From contig NC_092372.1 in assembly GCF_030028105.1 (NCBI RefSeq), positions 58,346,034-58,410,033 of the forward strand: a stretch of 64,000 nt of DNA. The letters are read 5' to 3'. Below the pieces are notes generated by a model. That model searched no databases and had not been told where the DNA came from. It saw only the letters and a program-made list of their open reading frames with translations. How positions within the stretch are numbered: position 1 is the first letter of the stretch; each line of letters starts with the position of its first letter. This stretch comes from Mobula birostris. Lineage: Eukaryota. Below, in pieces: positions 40,301 to 51,006 of the stretch. Both the position numbers and the translations under genes were made by a program.

Positions 40301-43300
40301 CAAGAGTAAACAAATAAAAATTTTTCCCATAAGTGAATGGAAGAAGAACCAGATAAAGCAAATTCAATATAATGGACATGAGTTATGAGGATATGCAGGA
40401 AAGATTCTTTACAAAAAGAAAGGGTGTGATCTGAACTTGGCTGCTTATAAGGTTGTGGAAACACTCAGGAGTTCTAAAATTTAGTTAAATACCCATTTAA
40501 TTAAAGGTAGATTGCAAAGATGTTGGGAAAGAGTAGAGAGTTGGGACAGCTGGATTGACTATGGATTTTGTACTCCAAATGACCCTTCTTATGTTCTGTT
40601 CATTTTCTTGTATTAACTTGCATTTCTGGATCAGTCAATGTTAATTTATTGCCAGTAGGCACTCCACTCCAAATGGCAAAGCACTACACACTGGCAGAGC
40701 CCTGCTCAAGATACTGGCATGAACAACCAACCCTGGGCATCAAAACTTCTGAGATGGAAAGAAGCTTGACAGATGCCATATGTCCTTGACTTTCAAAATT
40801 TATTAAAAATCAATGAAAGCATTTACTCATTGAAATTGAGTGACTCAAAACAGTTTTCTGATTGTTAAAAAAAATAAAGCAAGCCCAGTTTATTACTTTT
40901 ATCCCTCCTCGGCTATTCCTCTACCTTCCATGGTCAACTACTCTAGCATAACTCCAGTTCAACCTTCGCTTTCTTGGCTGAAACCTGATCATTCTTCCAC
41001 GGCCAACCTACCATAAAGAACTTTCTTTTCACTTTTGTGAGTCCTAATTTTTCCTCAGAGTAATTGCTCTAACCTTCGGTTCTTCTTTCTTTCTTTATAA
41101 ATCTGTCTTTTTTCGCTGAGGTCTCATGCTTTTTGTCTAGTTTGTTTGATTGGAGTGTATTTCCATTTTAAAGTTCATTTTTGTGATCCCAGTTTGGTTG
41201 CTGTTATCATAGGAACATAGAAAGCATACAGCACAATATAGACCCTTCAGCCCACAAAGTTGTGCCGACCATGTCCCTACCTTAGAAATTACTAGGCTTA
41301 CCCATAGCCCTCTATTTTTCTAAGCTCCATGTACGTATCCAAAAGTTTCTTTAAAAACCCTATCGTATCTGCCTCCACCACCGTTGCCCATTCCACACAC
41401 TCACCACTCTCTGCGTAAAAAAAACTTACCCCTGACATCTCTGTACCGACTCCCCAGCACCTTAAACCTGTGTCCTCTTGTGGCAACCATTTCAGCCCTT
41501 GGAAAAAGCCTCTGACTATCCACATCATCAGTGCCTCTCATCATCTTATACACCTTTATCAGGTCACTTCTCATCCTCAATCGCTCCAAGGAGAAAAGGC
41601 CAAATTCACTCAACCTATTCTCATAAGGCATGCTCCCCAATCCAGGCAACATCCTTGTAAATCTCCTCTGCACCCTTTCTATGGTTTCCACATCCTTCCT
41701 TTAGTAAGGCGACCAGAACTGAGCACAGTACTCCAAGTGGAGTCTGACCAGGGTCCTTTATAGCTGCAACATTACCTCTTGGCTCCTAAATTCAATTCCA
41801 CAATTGATGAAGGCCAATACACCGTATGCCTTCTTAACCCCAGAGTCAACCTGCACAGCTGCTTTTGAGTGTCCTATGGACTCGAACCTCCTCTGATCCT
41901 CCACACTGCCAAGAGCCTTACCATTAATGCTACATTCTGCCATCATATTTGACCTACCAAAATGAACCACTTCACACTTAACTGGGTTGAATTCCATCTG
42001 CCACTTCTCAGCCCAGTTTTGCATCCTATCAATGTCCCGCTGTAACCTCTGACAGCCCTCCACACTATCCACAACACCTCCAACCTTTGTGTCATCAGCA
42101 AACTCACTAACCCATCCCTCCACTTCCTCATCCAGGTCATTTATAAAAATCATGAAGAGGAAGGGTCCCAGAACAGTTCCCTGAGGCATACCACTGGTCA
42201 CCCACCTCCATGCAGAATATGACCTGTCAACAACCACTCTTTGCCTTCTGTGGGCAAGCCAGTTCTGGATCCACAAAGCATGTCCCCTTGGATCCCATGC
42301 CTCCTTACTTTCTCAATAAGCCTTGCATGGGGTACATTATCAAATGCCTTGCTGAAATCCATACACACTACATCTACTGCTCTTCCTTCATCAATGTGTT
42401 TAGTCACATCCTCAAAAAATTCAATCAGGCTTGTAAGGCAGGACCTGCCCTTGACGAAGCCATGCTGACTATTCCTAATCATATTATATCTCTCCAAATG
42501 TTCATAAATCCTGCCTTAAATGTTGCTTCAGTTAGTTTTTATATTGCGAAACAGGCAATGTAGACCCACTTTTTGGGCAGCAATAAACATATTTATTGTT
42601 TGGAATGTATTTCTTATGATTAAAATATTATTCTATGTTTATTATTCCAGTTTAGTTTTTTATAGTGAAAAATATGCTTCATTTTAAGCTCATTTTCTTA
42701 AAAAAAATCTTAGGAAATTTTTAATGCTGGTAATATGATATAAGACATAGGGGCAGAAATAGGCCATTTGGCCCATCAAGCCTAGAATGTTCCCTCTAAT
42801 TTGTAATTTCTAATAAATCTTATGATGTTCAGTTTTTTGTCCAGTGACAATACTTGCACTGAATAACTTTTTCAATAAAAACAGTATAAATCATCGAGCT
42901 CTAAAATCTGTAGACAAATCATCGCAAACTCCACTTTGTCAGCACTGTCTGTAACAGAAACCAGAAAAGAAAATGGGATTGTGTACTATTGTGAAATATG
43001 CCTATCATGCCAATGAGGTAGAGTTTGTGTGCTATTAGTAAAAGATGTGTGTATGCACACACCTTCGAGGGATCATTGCGAGTTTGCTTTGCCATTCCAT
43101 CGTGGCTGATTATTACCCGTCTCAACCCATTCTCCTGCCTTTTCCCTGCAACCTTTGACACCCTTACTAATTAATCTCCACTTTAAATATACCCAATGAC
43201 TTGGCCTCCGCAGCTGGTTGTGGCAATGAATTCCATGGATTCACTGCCCTCCAGTTAAAGAAATTCCTCCTTGTCTCTCTTCTAAAGTAACGCCCTTCTA

Positions 43301-46300
43301 TTTTGACGCTGTGCCCTCTGGTGCTATATACGCCACAATAGGAAGCATCCTCTCCATGTCCACTCTTCCTAGACCTTTTGATATTCAATAGGTTCCAATA
43401 TGACCTCCCCCGCCACCGAACGGGCCCAAAGCCATCAAAAGCTCCTTATATATTAACCCTGGGATCATTCTCGTGCATCTTTTCTGGTCTCACTAATGCT
43501 AGCACATCCTTTTCAAGGAAACAAAAACTGCTCACAATACCCTAAGTGTAATCTGACCAATACCTTGTAAAGCCTCCGTACTTGCAACTCTGAATCCAAA
43601 TGAGCTTTCAAGGTTTTTTGATTGAGCTCAAGAATTGTGATGATAATAATTAAGTCAACTGGAAACTGAAAACAATAATTAAATGAATGAAATAGCAATA
43701 GTTCTGTCCAGTATTTTAATGTATAGAAATGAATAGCTAGGCCCAATATGACATTTTTTATGCCCTTTTAGACCTCTGTCAGATGCCCAATCTAGGTGAC
43801 TGTAGTCTCTTTAGTTCAAGTAATGAAAAGAAAATACAGAAAATCAGAAGTAGCAGAGTTGAATGATTTGAGTGGGGTTTGGGTTCATTCACATTGCTAT
43901 GGAGCAGCAGTGCTAATAACTAGTGCCTTAGAGAACTAATTGCAAAATTGTTCTGGTGTTGTACAGTAAGTACAATATTGAATTGGACTGTATCTTCAAA
44001 CATACTCTGTTTTCAGACAGTTGTGTAATTTTATTTTTGGACAGCTGTATTCTGGATTTCTAGCCTGGGCATCAAGTCTTTATGTACACCCAGTAGCCAC
44101 TTTATTGGGTACACCTATTCATCTGCTCGTTAATGCAAATATCTAATCAGTCAATCATGTAGCAGCAACTAAATGCATAAAAATATGCAGCATTGTCAAG
44201 AGGCTCAGTTGTTCAGAACAAACATCAGAATGAGAAGAAATGTAATCTAAGTTACTTTGATTGTAGAATGATCGTTGGTGTCAGATGGGATAGCTTGAGT
44301 ATCTCAGAAACTGCTTATGGGGTTTTCATCCACAGTGGTCTAGAGTTTACAGAGAATCGTGCAGAAAAACAAAAAACATTCAGTGAGCAACAGTTCTGTG
44401 GGTGAAAATACCATGTTAATGAGGGAGGTCAGAGTTAACACTGGTTCAAGCTGACAAGATGATGATGGTGATTCAAATAACCATACGTTACAACAGTGGT
44501 GTGCAGAAAGGCATCTTTGAATGCACAACACACCTAACTTTGAAGTGGATGGGCTATGGCAGTGGAAGGCCACGAACATCCCTTCAGCGACTCCTTTATC
44601 AGGTACAGGATGTACCTAATAAACTGGCCACTGAAGGTATACTTACTCTCTTTCTTGTAACAAAACGGATCCTGACCCGGATCTGGGCCGTACCCTCCAA
44701 ATATCCGGACCTGCCTCTCAGTTTTTTTGCACTGCCTTACTTTCCATTTTTTCTATTTTCTATTTATGATTTATAATTTAAAATTTTAATATTTACTAAT
44801 TTTTACTATTAATAAATTTAATATTTATAATCCAGGGAGCGGGAAGCACAGAATCAAATATTGCTGTGATGATTGTACGTTCTAGTATCAATTGTTTGGC
44901 GACAATAAAGTATAAAGTATAAACTATAAAAAATCTGAAAATTCAAGCAGAAACAGTAAAAGGTTTTGTGTGGTACATTTAGTAATGGTTTGAACTAGAA
45001 CTCTACTATTTTGTGTAATTAATAGTTTATTATTCACATTCTAAATACTTTATAAGCAGTTATAATTAGTGCCTAACTCTTGAGTTGGGTGATTTTTTAG
45101 TTACTGATTTTTGAAATGATTCACAGATTTTACGATGGATGTGGTGTAGAATTGTAGCTACTTTTACTTCCGTACTTTGTCAGTCTTTGTTTTGCATTCC
45201 CTTATCCTGACATTTCTTTATTGCTGTTTTATTATATTAATTCCCCATTTTTAATCTTTCTATTACCTTATCATACTGGAGGTAAATCTCAAGGTAAATG
45301 GTGTTAATATTCATTATTGTTCATAGGAAGATTCACAACAATTCACCATAGATGATCATCAGCATGAATCCACATGTATCTATACATTGAGCCAAATTGT
45401 CCTTCATCCAGCTTGACCCTTGCACTATGACATCAAAAGGTCTGGATTAGGTGGTAGTAGAGACGCTGTTCCCAAGAATCTGCGGATATGGCCTCACTGT
45501 AAAGGGACGATCTATTACAACTGAGATAAGGAGGAATTTCTTCAGCCAGGGGGTGGCAAGTCTGTGGAATTCATTGTCATAGAGGCCAAGTCATTTGGTG
45601 TATTTAAGCAGAGACTGAAAGATTCTTGATTGGTAAGAAGGTTAAAGGTTACAAGGAAAAGACAGGAGAATGGGATTGGAAACAACATCAGCCATGACTG
45701 AATGGTGCAGCAGACTTGATGGGCCCATTGGCTCAATTTTGTTCTTCTGTTATATAGCCTATTCTCCTGGCTCCATTTCCCTTTTGTGCCACAACAGGAC
45801 CATTGGCCCTGGTGCTGCAGTTGTGAAGCAGAATGGGTTATTAACTAGGGGGTAGATCACGAGGCTCCAGAATATCCTCATAGTGAGAGTTCACCACTTG
45901 CATGGTTTGCTCTAGATATCATTGATCAAAATTTAAAAATGGTTCTAAAGGACTGGTAAATTAAAATATTAAGAAAGAAAACTGAGCAAACCATTAATCT
46001 GTGCTCTTCAGATGATTGGGATTGCACTAATAGCACCAGTTAATAAATGCATAAAGTTAAGGGACTAAATATAAAGTGCATGTGGTTCTTCAACTCAGTA
46101 CATTTGTGTAGCTGCCAGACTTAGTGGTGAGTCCTGCAGCAAAGTGGCCTTCATGTTTGACCTTTGGCTTATCTAAAGAGCTGACAGTCAAAGATGAGTA
46201 CATTTTGGTCTGCTGAAAATAATGGTAATGCAAGCTGCATTTTCTTTTTTTTTTAACTTGAGCCTCCCTTTGAGAATTACTAGGAGCACTGAAACAGCTT

Positions 46301-47632
46301 CTGGGGCTTACTGACCTACATATTTTCTGAAATTACATAAGTAGGTACAAAATCAGAGGCGGCACAGTAGCGTAACTGTTGGTGTAACTCCTACAATTCT
46401 GCTGATGTCTGTAACAAGTTTGTGTGTTGTTCCTGTGATTGCTTGGGTTTCCACCAGGTGCTAATGTTTCCGCCCACATTCCAAAGACATAGGTTTGTAG
46501 GTTAATTGGTCACATGGCTGTAATTGGGCTGTGCAGGCTTGTTTGGCCAGAAGGGTCTGTTGGCGCACTGTATCTAAACAAGATAAATAAATTTCATCTG
46601 TTGGTATTATGCAACACACACAAGATGGTGGAGGAACTCAGCAGGCCAGGCAGCATCTATGGATGGTCTTGGCCCAAAACGTCAACTGTACTCTTTTCCA
46701 TAGATGCTGCCTGACCTGCTGAGTTCCTCAAGCATTTTGTGTGTGTGGCTTGGATTACCAGCATCTGCAGATTTTTCCTCTTGTTTCTGTTGGTATTATT
46801 TTATTTTTCAGAGATGTTCGTTCCTGCTGTCAATTATAAAAGCCATGTACTTTGTTATGTAAATAAATGTGCATATTGTATTTATTAAGTAGATCGTCCA
46901 TAGATTAGTTGAAGGGAAATAGAGGGATTTTAACCATAAATTTCTCAATTTTTGCCAGCCTCTAAAAGCACTATTACTGGACAGTCTGGCACATTGTTAG
47001 GTATTTTAGCACAAACTTTACTGAAAACAATTTTTATTGAACAAATTTCATACTAAATAATACTGAAAATTACCAAAATATGGTGAGAAAATGAATTTGT
47101 GTAACCCTGTGGAACTGGAGTGGTGAAGTTGCTTGGATTATATAGTTGTACTATTAAGTAATTTTTATTTAAGATGTGAAGGCATCCTCTAAGAACATGA
47201 AGGCGTTCTGTTACTTGTCAAATTAAGTATGTATAACTTTTCTGATGTACTTTGTGTTGCATTAGATTTGAGACTTTTATTACTTATTAATAATGCATTT
47301 GCATGAGTTCTTTCATTCAATCTTTATTCATATTGTACAAGATTCATGTTGTGGGCAGTGCTGCTTTTATCCATATAGTCATCATAAAATGACTTAACAG
47401 TTTGCAGCTTCACTTAATAATAACCACTTGTTGTTATCCCTTTTGTTTTGAAGGTGCATCTAGTGTGATTTATCTTTCTGTTGATGGATTGATATCTGCT
47501 GTACAAGAGGGAATTAAGAGGCAAACAAATTCCATACTATATGATACTGAAAATGACAAAACATCAGTGAGACAAATAGGTCATTGTACAGCTTGTCTCA
47601 CAGGAAAATATCCTGTGGAGCTTGAATGGTGA
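7267..47632 (+). CDS. PPAT: Amidophosphoribosyltransferase (glutamine PRPP amidotransferase), complete, 11 exons, 513 aa
   Basis: Exons 7267-7394, 14533-14599, 19499-19705, 28353-28465, 31223-31368, 33933-34011, 36575-36726, 37421-37548, 39062-39283, 39517-39637, 47454-47632 sum to 1542 nt in frame. 11-aa propeptide [11 protein letters not shown] then catalytic Cys; QHRGQES, GHTRYST, AHNG, PRPP loop [12 protein letters not shown], Fe-S cysteines (FCIFE, FPCYMG, CTAC), C-terminal YPVELEW. Confidence 0.98.
9354..9540. mobile_element. Short 5'-inverted Penelope tail insertion forming a 53-bp perfect hairpin
   Basis: 14-bp TSD TTGTGTCAGAGATG (9340-9353 / 9541-9554); arms 9356-9408 and 9446-9498 are exact reverse complements. 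Confidence 0.9.
9409..9445 (-). ncRNA. Minimal type I hammerhead ribozyme (Penelope-associated)
   Basis: Minus strand reads AGUC-CUGACGA-AGG GUCUCGG CCU-GAAAC-GUC-GACU: all core nucleotides, stem I AGUC/GACU, stem II AGG/CCU, palindromic ACGU stem III, GUC cleavage triplet. Confidence 0.8.
10130..10415 (+). repeat. V-type tRNA SINE
   Basis: A box GTAGTGGTTAG, B-box remnant GTTCAATT, core TGCGTGGGCTTCC...GGGTGCTCCGGTGTCCTCCCACA. Confidence 0.7.
10490..11330 (-). repeat. Rex1-like fragment plus CR1 3' end
   Basis: [11 protein letters not shown] (Rex1 C-terminus); [26 protein letters not shown] (CR1 C-terminus). Confidence 0.75.
14533..14599 (+). CDS. PPAT: PPAT exon 2
   Basis: 67 nt; [22 protein letters not shown]; ttttacag| ... 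|gtatgt. Confidence 0.95.
15060..16232 (+). mobile_element. Penelope-like element: inverted tail (15060-15230) plus RT C-terminus/GIY-YIG body
   Basis: YLDYTSSH...[22 protein letters not shown] and [10 protein letters not shown] remnants; leading segment is the reverse-complement tail with a tandem duplication. Confidence 0.8.
16235..18080 (-). mobile_element. CR1 LINE ORF2 fragment (APE endonuclease and RT N-terminus)
   Basis: MGDFNFP, LDLVL, SDH; [42 protein letters not shown]; frameshifted. Confidence 0.93.
19499..19705 (+). CDS. PPAT: PPAT exon 3
   Basis: 207 nt; GMGLVSNNF...[11 protein letters not shown]...[15 protein letters not shown]. Confidence 0.97.
19925..20030 (-). repeat. Penelope tail with degenerate hammerhead
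   Basis: Minus strand CAGTC CTGAAAAAG...CCTGAAACGTC AACTG followed by CTGCCTGGCCTGCTGAG. Confidence 0.7.
20542..20853 (+). mobile_element. Young tRNA-derived SINE
   Basis: Perfect 15-bp TSD GAAAACATATTTGAC (20527-20541 / 20854-20868); A box TGGCGCAATGA 20553; B box GGTTCGAAACC 20597; CA-rich 3' region and A-tail; CpGs retained. Confidence 0.88.
21580..22060 (+). repeat. Penelope-like 3' end
   Basis: [13 protein letters not shown] end of ORF, pyrimidine tract, degenerate hammerhead CAGTCCTAAT...GTCGACTG, AGATGCTGCCTGA. Confidence 0.75.
22591..27878 (-). mobile_element. Near full-length CR1 LINE (ORF1 zinc-finger/SGNH esterase, ORF2 EN-RT), inactivated, inserted in an older CR1
   Basis: ORF1 from ATG 27686 ([15 protein letters not shown]...ARCVELQLL), [31 protein letters not shown]2 AITETW...KFADD...[13 protein letters not shown]. 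(TTCTATGT)-like tail at 22591. Flanks 22300-22590 and 27879-28020 are contiguous older CR1 sequence. Confidence 0.92.
24667..25930 (-). mobile_element. Rex1/Babar-type LINE RT fragment nested in CR1
   Basis: [58 protein letters not shown]; ATTCTG-like tail. Confidence 0.88.
28353..28465 (+). CDS. PPAT: PPAT exon 4
   Basis: 113 nt; [37 protein letters not shown]. Confidence 0.96.
30172..30948. mobile_element. Non-autonomous DNA transposon (Tc1/mariner-pogo-like MITE)
   Basis: Imperfect TIRs CAGTGAATTCTAGTTAATT / AGTTAACTGGAATGCACTG; its right part recurs at 55265-55509. Confidence 0.7.
31223..31368 (+). CDS. PPAT: PPAT exon 5
   Basis: 146 nt; [37 protein letters not shown]. Confidence 0.96.
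32511..33381 (-). mobile_element. Solo LTR (871 bp)
   Basis: TG...CA termini with short IR TGTTACGA/TCGTCACA; 5-bp TSD TAAGG (32506-32510 / 33382-33386); AATAAA (~32595) and TATA-like motif (~33140) on the minus strand. Confidence 0.88.
33933..34011 (+). CDS. PPAT: PPAT exon 6
   Basis: 79 nt; [25 protein letters not shown]. Confidence 0.95.
36575..36726 (+). CDS. PPAT: PPAT exon 7
   Basis: 152 nt; [15 protein letters not shown]...[18 protein letters not shown]. Confidence 0.97.
37019..37110 (+). mobile_element. Minimal Penelope tail insertion truncated inside the hammerhead core
   Basis: 9-bp TSD CTACATTTT (37010-37018 / 37111-37119); begins GACGAAGGGTCTCGGCCCGAAATGTCGACTG. Confidence 0.85.
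37421..37548 (+). CDS. PPAT: PPAT exon 8
   Basis: 128 nt; [42 protein letters not shown]. Confidence 0.97.
39062..39283 (+). CDS. PPAT: PPAT exon 9
   Basis: 222 nt; [22 protein letters not shown]...[27 protein letters not shown]. Confidence 0.97.
39517..39637 (+). CDS. PPAT: PPAT exon 10
   Basis: 121 nt; [40 protein letters not shown]. Confidence 0.97.
41210..42515 (-). mobile_element. 5'-truncated CR1 (RT to 3' tail)
   Basis: [34 protein letters not shown]; same subfamily as 22591-24000. Confidence 0.92.
43050..43580 (-). repeat. Older CR1 3' fragment
   Basis: [16 protein letters not shown]; [10 protein letters not shown]...RRNFF. Confidence 0.75.
44087..44637 (+). mobile_element. Tc1-derived MITE
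   Basis: Ends CAGTAGCCACTTTATTGGGTACA / TGTACCTAATAAACTGGCCACTG with flanking TA; HTH remnant [27 protein letters not shown]. Confidence 0.8.
44667..44930 (+). repeat. LINE 3' UTR fragment with AATAAA and (AAGTATA)n tail
   Basis: CpG-containing start, T-rich body, GACAATAAAGTATAAAGTATAAACTATAAA end. Confidence 0.55.
45440..45750 (+). repeat. CR1 3' end
   Basis: GAGATAAGGAGGAATTTCTTCAGCCAG...TCAGCCATGACTGAATGGTGCAGCAGAC. Confidence 0.7.
46357..46592 (+). repeat. V-type SINE
   Basis: GGCGGCACAGTAGCGTA head; GGGTTTCC...CCCACATTCCAAAGAC core; AAATAAAT tail. Confidence 0.7.
46611..46785. mobile_element. Second 5'-inverted Penelope tail hairpin insertion
   Basis: 14-bp TSD TCTGTTGGTATTAT (46597-46610 / 46786-46799); imperfect arms ~46611-46663 and ~46697-46749; loop contains the 3' half of a hammerhead (GGTCTTGGCCCAAAACGTCAACTG). 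Confidence 0.85.
47454..47632 (+). CDS. PPAT: PPAT exon 11 (last coding)
   Basis: [19 protein letters not shown]...[17 protein letters not shown]. Confidence 0.97.
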
Positions 47633-48762
47633 ATTTGCATTAATTATGCCCCTGTTGTTATTCAGGTTTATTTTTGTCAGTATGTCACCATCCAGTCATT
47701 CTTCTTGAAGGTGCCAGAATTTAGTTCTCCTTGCACAAATCCATGTCCTCTATTACATTTTCTTTGCACCTCTATGGAACTGTTGAAGACTGTATCACTT
47801 GACTGTAGACATTCCAAGGATCGTCTTATGAAGTGCATTTATTAGAAATCATTTGATATCAGAGAAATACATCTTCAGATATTGACTACAATATTTTGGA
47901 AATTCTGACATAAACTTATTGTGGAGAAACACCAGACTGCAAGAGTTTAGAATACCCTTGGAAAATGAACATATTTTAAAATTTCTTCATTGGTTTGTTT
48001 CTTTTTTTAAGATGGCTAAATTTTGCAATGTTGCTTCTTGTCTCATATGTAACAGGGGCACAGTGTTTTGTAAATGCCACCAGATCAAAGAGATAGTAAA
48101 GTTGGGTGAAGAGACTTGTTTAAGATTTTTTTAAATTTTAGCTATATAAGACTTCATTTGAGTTAAGCCTTTGACTGTCCATAGGCTCTTAAACTGGCTG
48201 CTCAACAATTCATTAGCTAATTAAATTGCCAAAGGCTGTGTACATAGTTGAAAACAAAAGTAGTTTACTTTGTACAACTGGATGGCCTTTAGATATCAAA
48301 TGTGCCTTTTATTCCTAATTATAAGTATTTCGTTTATATGGTGAAGCTTTCAATCCCCGTATCTTTGATTTTAGAATATCAATTATCAACCATTGTACAT
48401 TATGAATGTGTTGTTATTTTCATCTTGTATAAAAACTTGTATGAAAAATGTAGATAGTAGGCTCAGTATATCTCATAACAGTGAGGCTTTTTTTAAAGTT
48501 AACGTTTTGTCCCATAAGATCAATTGTCTAAATAGTTTGTACCTTTAGAACAAATGTACTTCTTTTCTAAAAGTCCTTTTTTTGTTGTTTTAATGCATTG
48601 TTCCAATATTTATCTGATTTGTAATATTGACAATTGGTAAAAGAAAGTGAAGTCACTTTTTCATTTGTATTTTCCGACTAAATCATTTTGCATTCCACCA
48701 TTGCAATGTTAAGCATTAGTGGGTGTAGCAAATCCATGGTGGAAAATTGCAAGATGTTATGT

Positions 48763-48938
48763 AATAAATTACATAAAATATTTAGTTCCACCCTTTTTGC
48801 TTGTATGATATCCAGATGTGTGTGTGATAATTTTGTCCACTATATTTGAATTTGAAATTGAATAATTTTTTGTTACATTTGGGGGGGGGTGTTGAAACAT
48901 TTTTAATTCTATTTGGAATTTTAAATAAAAACAATAAA
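48763..48938 (+). terminator. Candidate PPAT polyadenylation signals
   Basis: AATAAA at 48763, 48924 and 48933 after an AT-rich, apparently repeat-free ~1.1-1.3 kb 3'UTR; repeats resume at ~49200. Confidence 0.5.
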
Positions 48939-49417
48939 TATTTAGAAAGCACAGTAGAGAAGTCAACATCTTCAAAGAAAATTAATTCTGTTGATGTCTT
49001 AGATTAGAAGCTCTTTGATTTAGATGTACAAATGTATGTCATTCTCGTTATCTTGGTGGTGCTTTGGGGATACTGGTTGTTTGATGTATTGTCAGGTGAG
49101 ACAAAACCATGATGGACTCTAGTTCCATGATCCACTGTTTAAGAAGAACATAGACTGGCACTTCTGGTAATTGGGCTATTGCTTTTGGTAAGTTGAGCTG
49201 CTTTACTTGTTTAGAGATACAGTACGAGAACAGGCCTTTCTTCGACCAATCTGTGCTGTCCAATTACACCCATGTGACCAATTAACCTACTAACGTACAC
49301 CTTTGGAATATGTGATGATGCTGGAGCACGTAGTAATGTACACACTCTGTAGACAGCACTGGAATTGGTACAGGTTCATTGGCACAGTAGTAGCATTTCC
49401 AGAGATATAGCAGCATA

Positions 49418-51006
49418 CAGTAGCATGCAGAAGTTTAGGCACCCCGGGCCCGGTCAAAATTTCTGTTACTGTGAATAGTTAAAGTGAGTAGAAGATGAAC
49501 TGATCTCCAAAAGTCATAAAGTTAAAGATGAAACATTCTTTTGAACATTTTAAGCAAGATTAGTGTATTATTTTTGTTTTGTACAATTTTAGTGTGAGAA
49601 GGGGGGAGGAAAGGAGCACCATGCAGAAGTTTGGGTACCCTAGGAGATTTGAGCTCTCAGATAACTTTTACCAAGGTCTTGTTAGGGCTATGGCTTGTTC
49701 AGAGTCATCGTTAGGAAAGGCTAGGTGATGCAAATTTCAAAGCTTTATAAATACCCTGACTCCTCAAACCTGTCCCAACAATCAGCAGCCATGGACTCCT
49801 CTAAGCAGCTACCGAGCACTCTGAAAATTAAAATGAATGATGCCCACAAAGCAGGAGAAGGCTATAAGAAAATAGCAAAGCGTTTTCAGGTAGCTGTTTC
49901 CTCAGTTCATAATGTAGTTAAGAAATGGCAGTTAACAGGAATGGTGGAGGTCAAGTTGAGGTCTGGAAGACCAAGAAAACTTTCCGAGAGAACTGCTCAG
50001 CATTGCTAGAAAGGCAAATCAAAACCCCTGTTTGACTGCAAAAGACCTTCAGGAAGACTTAGCAGACTGGAGTGGTGGTGCACTGTTCTACTGTGCAGTG
50101 ACACCTGCACAAATATGACCTTCATGGAAGAGTCATCAGAAGAAAACCTTTCCTGCATCTTCACCACAAAATTCAGCATCAGAAGCTTGCAAAGAAACAT
50201 CTGAACAAGCCTGATACATTTTGGAAACAAGTCCTGTGGACTGATGAAGTTAAAATAGAATTGTTTGGTTGCAGTGAGCAAAGGTATGTTTGGAGAAAAA
50301 AGGGTGCAGAATTTCATGAAAAGAACACCTCTCCAACTGTTAAAGCACGGGGGTGGATCGATCATGCTTTGGGCTTGTGTTGCAGCCAATGGCACAGGGA
50401 ACATTTCACTAGTAGAAGGAAGAATGAATTCAATTAAATACCAACAAATTCTGGAAGCAAATATCACACTGTAAAAAAAATGAAGATGAAAAGAGGATGG
50501 CTTCTACAACAGGATAATGATCCTAAACACACCTCAAAATCCACAATGGACTACCTCAAGAGGTGCAAGCTGAAGGTTTTGCCATGGCCCTCACAGTCCC
50601 CAGACCTAAACATCACTAAGAATCTGTGGATAGACCTCAAAAGAGCAGTGCATGCAAGAAGGCCCAAGAATCTCACAGAACTAGAAGCCTTTTGCAAGGA
50701 AGAATGGGTGAAAATCCCTCAAACAAGAATTGAAAGACTTAGCCGGCAACAGAAAGCATTTACAATCTGTGATACTTGCCAAAGGGGGTGTGATACTAAG
50801 TACTGACCATGCAGGGTGCCCAAACTTTTGCTTCGGGCCCCCGTTTTTTGTTATTTTGAAACAGTAAAAGATGGAAATAAAAAAAGTAATCTTCCTTAAA
50901 ATATTAAATGTGTCATCTTTAACTCTATGCGATTTGGAAATCAGGTAATCTTTTACTCGCTTAGCGAAATTTTGACCAGGGGTGCCCAAACTTTTGCATG
51001 CCACTG
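49418..51006 (+). mobile_element. Full-length Tc1-family transposon with IR/DR ends; transposase pseudogene
   Basis: TA TSD; ends CAGTAGCATGCAGAAGTTT / AAACTTTTGCATGCCACTG; ~200-bp IRs with inner direct repeat. Transposase 49791-50806 has GEGYKKIAK, RSGRPRK, WTDE, KHGGGSIMLW, QQDNDPKH, SPDLN with frameshifts. Confidence 0.95.

Noticed and set aside
40640-41200. Pyrimidine-rich segment as a possible L1/Tx1 remnant or extra exon
   Set aside because: No recognisable peptide motif; PPAT is already complete without it.
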